Positions 60,839 through 64,000 of a stretch of 64,000 bases of DNA are shown in pieces. The DNA lies in contig JAYTSD010000008.1 in NCBI GenBank assembly GCA_043745805.1, positions 64,001 through 128,000 on the forward strand, read 5' to 3'. This DNA is from Fibrobacteria bacterium. GTDB taxonomy: Bacteria > Fibrobacterota > Fibrobacteria > UBA11236. The notes under the pieces are model-generated. The model ran no database searches, had not been told where the DNA came from, and saw only the letters and a program-made list of their open reading frames with translations. Numbering within the stretch: the first letter of the stretch is position 1; each line of letters opens with the position of its first letter. The translations under genes and the position numbers were made by a program.

Positions 60839-62038
60839 ATGCAAAAGAAAAAAGTGCTAAAAAAGGGGCCTAAAAAGGAACTCAAGCCAACTAAAGCAAG
60901 CCCCAGCAAATCGTCTTCTACAAATAATATCAAAAACGCAAAAACAACTTCCAACAAGAAAAACCTCAAGGTAACACCAAAGTTACCTGAAAAAAAAGTT
61001 TTAGCGTCCTCCAAAAAAGGAACCGCAAAAAAAAGTCTTAAAAAAAAGGTCTTAAAAAAACCTATTACAAAGCCTAATTTAGGCTCGATTGCAAAAATGG
61101 CAAAGGAAACTGAGGCATCCAAAAAAATACCGAGCAAACAAAAAACTGTTTCTAACTCGCACTCCAAAAAAATGCTACAACCCGAACAATTCAGTATTTC
61201 AATAATTGAGCCAGGTAGCAAAAAAAATAAAACTTTAAGAACCAAAAAATTTCCACAAACTCCTGCACAAAAACCCTTTGGATTTCCAGATGAAGCGCCT
61301 TCCCTTCCCAGCGAATATGGAATCGATAAATTTGTAATCATGCCAAAAGATCCCGAATATATTTTCGCCTATTGGGAAATCACCCCTGCTTTATGGAAAA
61401 AAAAAGTACAGGAGAAAAATTCTGCGGAAAATTATCGCGAAGCCGTTAAAATCGATTGGGAAACCAATGACCTTTTTGAAACCAATTTTGTTTTTGTGCC
61501 CGTAGAGTTTTCTGCCCGCAAATGGTATTTCAAAATGCCTGAGCAAAACAAAAACTATCGTTTAGAATTGGGTTGGTTAGGCGCGAATGGACACTTTATT
61601 ACTTTACTCAACAGTAACGCTTCAGTTACCCCAGAGTCTTGGGAAACTACACGTAATCATCTAGCCCAAAACCCTGTATTGGCCTATATCACTCAAAGTT
61701 TGCCGCATTTAGGAAGCTCCGAGTTTAAACAAAACACAACACAATTGGCGTATATCCCTAATTGGAATATGAATTCGGAAACATTTTCCTCTTCATCTTG
61801 GGCAAAAAAAAGCCAAACCGATTCCACCAAAGTGGATAAAGGCGTACAGTTAGAAGTGAAAGGTAAAGTCGCACCAGGAACTCATGTGAATATCGGGAAT
61901 CAAGAAGTTGAAACCGATGCCAAGGGTAATTTTAAAGTGGTTTTTCCCGCTACTAAAAATGTACTCAATTTGGAATTAAGCAGTAATAATACCAGCAAGT
62001 CCTTCCGTTATGAATTTAAGGAACTCATATTGTTTTGA
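60839..62038 (+). CDS. DUF4912 domain protein with a long Lys-rich N-terminal tail
   Basis: LPSEYG.D...MPKDP..IFAYWEI, WYF, LELG...GHF motifs; GGGGAG RBS before ATG 60839. Confidence 0.8.
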   Translation: MQKKKVLKKGPKKELKPTKASPSKSSSTNNIKNAKTTSNKKNLKVTPKLPEKKVLASSKKGTAKKSLKKKVLKKPITKPNLGSIAKMAKETEASKKIPSKQKTVSNSHSKKMLQPEQFSISIIEPGSKKNKTLRTKKFPQTPAQKPFGFPDEAPSLPSEYGIDKFVIMPKDPEYIFAYWEITPALWKKKVQEKNSAENYREAVKIDWETNDLFETNFVFVPVEFSARKWYFKMPEQNKNYRLELGWLGANGHFITLLNSNASVTPESWETTRNHLAQNPVLAYITQSLPHLGSSEFKQNTTQLAYIPNWNMNSETFSSSSWAKKSQTDSTKVDKGVQLEVKGKVAPGTHVNIGNQEVETDAKGNFKVVFPATKNVLNLELSSNNTSKSFRYEFKELILF

Positions 62039-63606
62039 TGGGGACTTTAAATTTTGTTTTACATGCCCATTTACCTTTTGTAAGGCATCCAGAACACGAA
62101 CGATTTTTAGAAGAAGATTGGTTTTTTGAAGCCATAACAGAAACTTATACTCCCCTTTTGCAAGCTTTTGAGCGTTTGCAATCCGAAGGGCTGCCTTTTA
62201 AAATCACCATGAGTATTACCCCTCCCCTTTGTGAAATGCTTAGTGATGAACTTTTGCAATCACGTTATGTCAATCATTTAAATCGCCTACGTGAACTGGC
62301 CGAAAAAGAATGTACTCGCACGAAAAATGATCCTGCCTTTTGTTATTTAGCTGCGATGTATCGCAATCGTTTTGAAGAGTGTTTTAAATTATTTTCCAGA
62401 TATCATCGAAATTTATTAAACGGTTTTCGTCATTTCCAAAAAACTGGAAATTTAGAAATCATTACTTGTGGAGCCACGCATGGTTTTCTGCCCAATCTGC
62501 GTTATGTTCCACGCTCAGTAGAAGCGCAACTTGAAGCGGCCGTAACCAATTATCAAAAACATTTTAATCAAGATCCCTGGGGGATTTGGTTAGGCGAATG
62601 TGGGTATTATCCCGGCCTTGATATTCCACTCAAACAAGCGGGGCTTAAATATTTTTTCACTGATACCCATGGCATATTACAAGGGCAACCGCCCTCGCCT
62701 AAAGGAAATTATGCGCCCGTGCAAACACCCTCAGGAGTGTATTGTTTCGCCCGTGATCCCGAAAGTTCCAAAGCGGTATGGTCTGCCGAAGAAGGGTATC
62801 CTGGAGATTACCGTTACCGTGAGTTTTATCGCGATGTTGGATTTGATTTGGAAATGGATTATATCAAGCCCTATATTCATCCTATAGGTTTTAGAATCAA
62901 TACCGGCATCAAATATTACCGTATCACCGGTAATACGGGACATAAAGAACCCTATGTAGAGGCTTGGGCAAAATCAGCCGCCCAAGATCATGCGCATAAT
63001 TTTGTGCATAATCGACAATTGCAAATCGATTATTTAAGCCCCTATTTAGATACCCCTCCCTGCATAGTTTGCCCTTATGATGCCGAATTATTCGGGCATT
63101 GGTGGTATGAAGGTCCAATTTGGCTGGAAAATGTCATGCGCAAAATATTGACCGAACCTAGCAATATTAATTTGTCCACGCCCCGTGATTATTTACAGCA
63201 AGGTTATGTTATTCCGCAATCCCAACCGGCCTTTTCCTCATGGGGAGCAGGTGGCTATGCCGATGTATGGTTAAATGGGAGTAATGATTGGATTTATCCA
63301 CATTTACATAAATGCGGAGAGCTTATGCATGCGATAGCACATTTGCCAGAAGGAGATGCCGTCAATACTCGCGCACGCAATCAAATGGCACGAGAATTAT
63401 TATTAGCTCAAAGTTCGGATTGGGCTTTCATTATGAAAACTGGCACCATGGTTGAATATGCCATTAAGCGCACACAAGTGCATGTTGACAATTGTTTAAA
63501 ATTGCATCGCCAAATATTATCAAATAGCATTGATTCGGCATTTCTGGAAAATTTAGAAGCTACCAATAATATTTTTTCAGAACTCCATTATCGAATTTTC
63601 GCATAA
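62035..63606 (+). CDS. GH57 1,4-alpha-glucan branching enzyme (DUF1957)
   Basis: HAHLPFVRHPE, EAITETY, THGFLP, WLGECGY, PYDAELFGHWWYEG, QSSDWAF. Confidence 0.92.
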   Translation: MMGTLNFVLHAHLPFVRHPEHERFLEEDWFFEAITETYTPLLQAFERLQSEGLPFKITMSITPPLCEMLSDELLQSRYVNHLNRLRELAEKECTRTKNDPAFCYLAAMYRNRFEECFKLFSRYHRNLLNGFRHFQKTGNLEIITCGATHGFLPNLRYVPRSVEAQLEAAVTNYQKHFNQDPWGIWLGECGYYPGLDIPLKQAGLKYFFTDTHGILQGQPPSPKGNYAPVQTPSGVYCFARDPESSKAVWSAEEGYPGDYRYREFYRDVGFDLEMDYIKPYIHPIGFRINTGIKYYRITGNTGHKEPYVEAWAKSAAQDHAHNFVHNRQLQIDYLSPYLDTPPCIVCPYDAELFGHWWYEGPIWLENVMRKILTEPSNINLSTPRDYLQQGYVIPQSQPAFSSWGAGGYADVWLNGSNDWIYPHLHKCGELMHAIAHLPEGDAVNTRARNQMARELLLAQSSDWAFIMKTGTMVEYAIKRTQVHVDNCLKLHRQILSNSIDSAFLENLEATNNIFSELHYRIFA

Positions 63607-63726
63607 TTTCTCGAAATAGTTTATCGCTTGAAAAAGGAGTATTGAATTCCTTGTAAAAGTTATTTTTTCTCTCACTCTATTCTAATTTATAGCCTTATAT
63701 TGTGGATAGAATAATAAGGGGATTTT

Positions 63727-64000
63727 ATGAGCACACGTTTGAAATTAGCAGTTATTGGATTAGGCCAATGTGGCGGTAACTTAGCCAATACCTTTGCCAA
63801 ACATGGCTATCCCGCCATGGCCGTCAACACCTCCATTTTAGATTTAAAAGAGCTTGCCAATATCCCTGAAAATCGACGAATATATGCGCCTTTAAACGAT
63901 AGCGATGGTGCTGGAAAAGATCCGCGCATTGGTGAAAACGCTTTGCATTTACATACCACAAATATTCTCACTCAAGCACATGAATTTGTACAAGGTGCCG
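63727..64000 (+). CDS. Tubulin/FtsZ-family GTPase, non-canonical, N-terminal part (runs off the right edge)
   Basis: Own translation: MSTRLKLAVIGLGQCGGNLA...AVNTSILDL...DGAGKDPRIG; AAGGGG RBS. Not in the ORF track. Confidence 0.8.
   Translation, partial: MSTRLKLAVIGLGQCGGNLANTFAKHGYPAMAVNTSILDLKELANIPENRRIYAPLNDSDGAGKDPRIGENALHLHTTNILTQAHEFVQGA

Noticed and set aside
60796-61341. 181 aa Phe/Leu-rich minus-strand ORF
   Set aside because: Antisense shadow of the Lys-rich (AAA codon) N-terminus of the DUF4912 gene
63700-63710. DnaA-box-like TGTGGATAG
   Set aside because: Single imperfect box with no cluster and no dnaA/oriC context
1-64000. CRISPR arrays, IS elements, prophage genes, rRNA, and the many short antisense ORFs in the track
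   Set aside because: No repeat-spacer pattern, transposase, integrase or phage gene seen; the short ORFs lie within well-supported genes in other frames or on the opposite strand

Overview
AT-rich bacterial chromosomal segment with no mobile elements or CRISPR. It is probably from a free-living Fibrobacterota/FCB-group organism; this is inferred from a PorU-like C25 peptidase with an FlgD-Ig-type C-terminus, PorV-like barrels and a Fibrobacter-style C-terminal tail on a secreted protein. It carries housekeeping genes (manC fragment, serA, gpsA, purE/purK, mgsA, proS, PBP1A, thrC, tRNA-Arg(ACG), GH57 branching enzyme), a pilC plus five-pilin type IV pilus cluster, and a ~10 kb sigma54/histidine kinase/GGDEF/TPR signalling operon. 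The most unusual element is a predicted surface lipoprotein built from 9 Ig-like (Big_2-type) repeats and 4 monoheme cytochrome c domains. It is split into two ORFs by a T10 homopolymer, and one extra T restores the repeat register exactly. Also notable: a non-canonical tubulin/FtsZ-family gene (GQCGGN) at the right edge, strong enrichment of the Bacteroidota O-glycosylation sequon D-S/T-[AILVMT] in exported proteins, and a sigma28-type promoter in front of a small orphan gene. All calls come from reading the sequence and ORF translations; no database searches were run.
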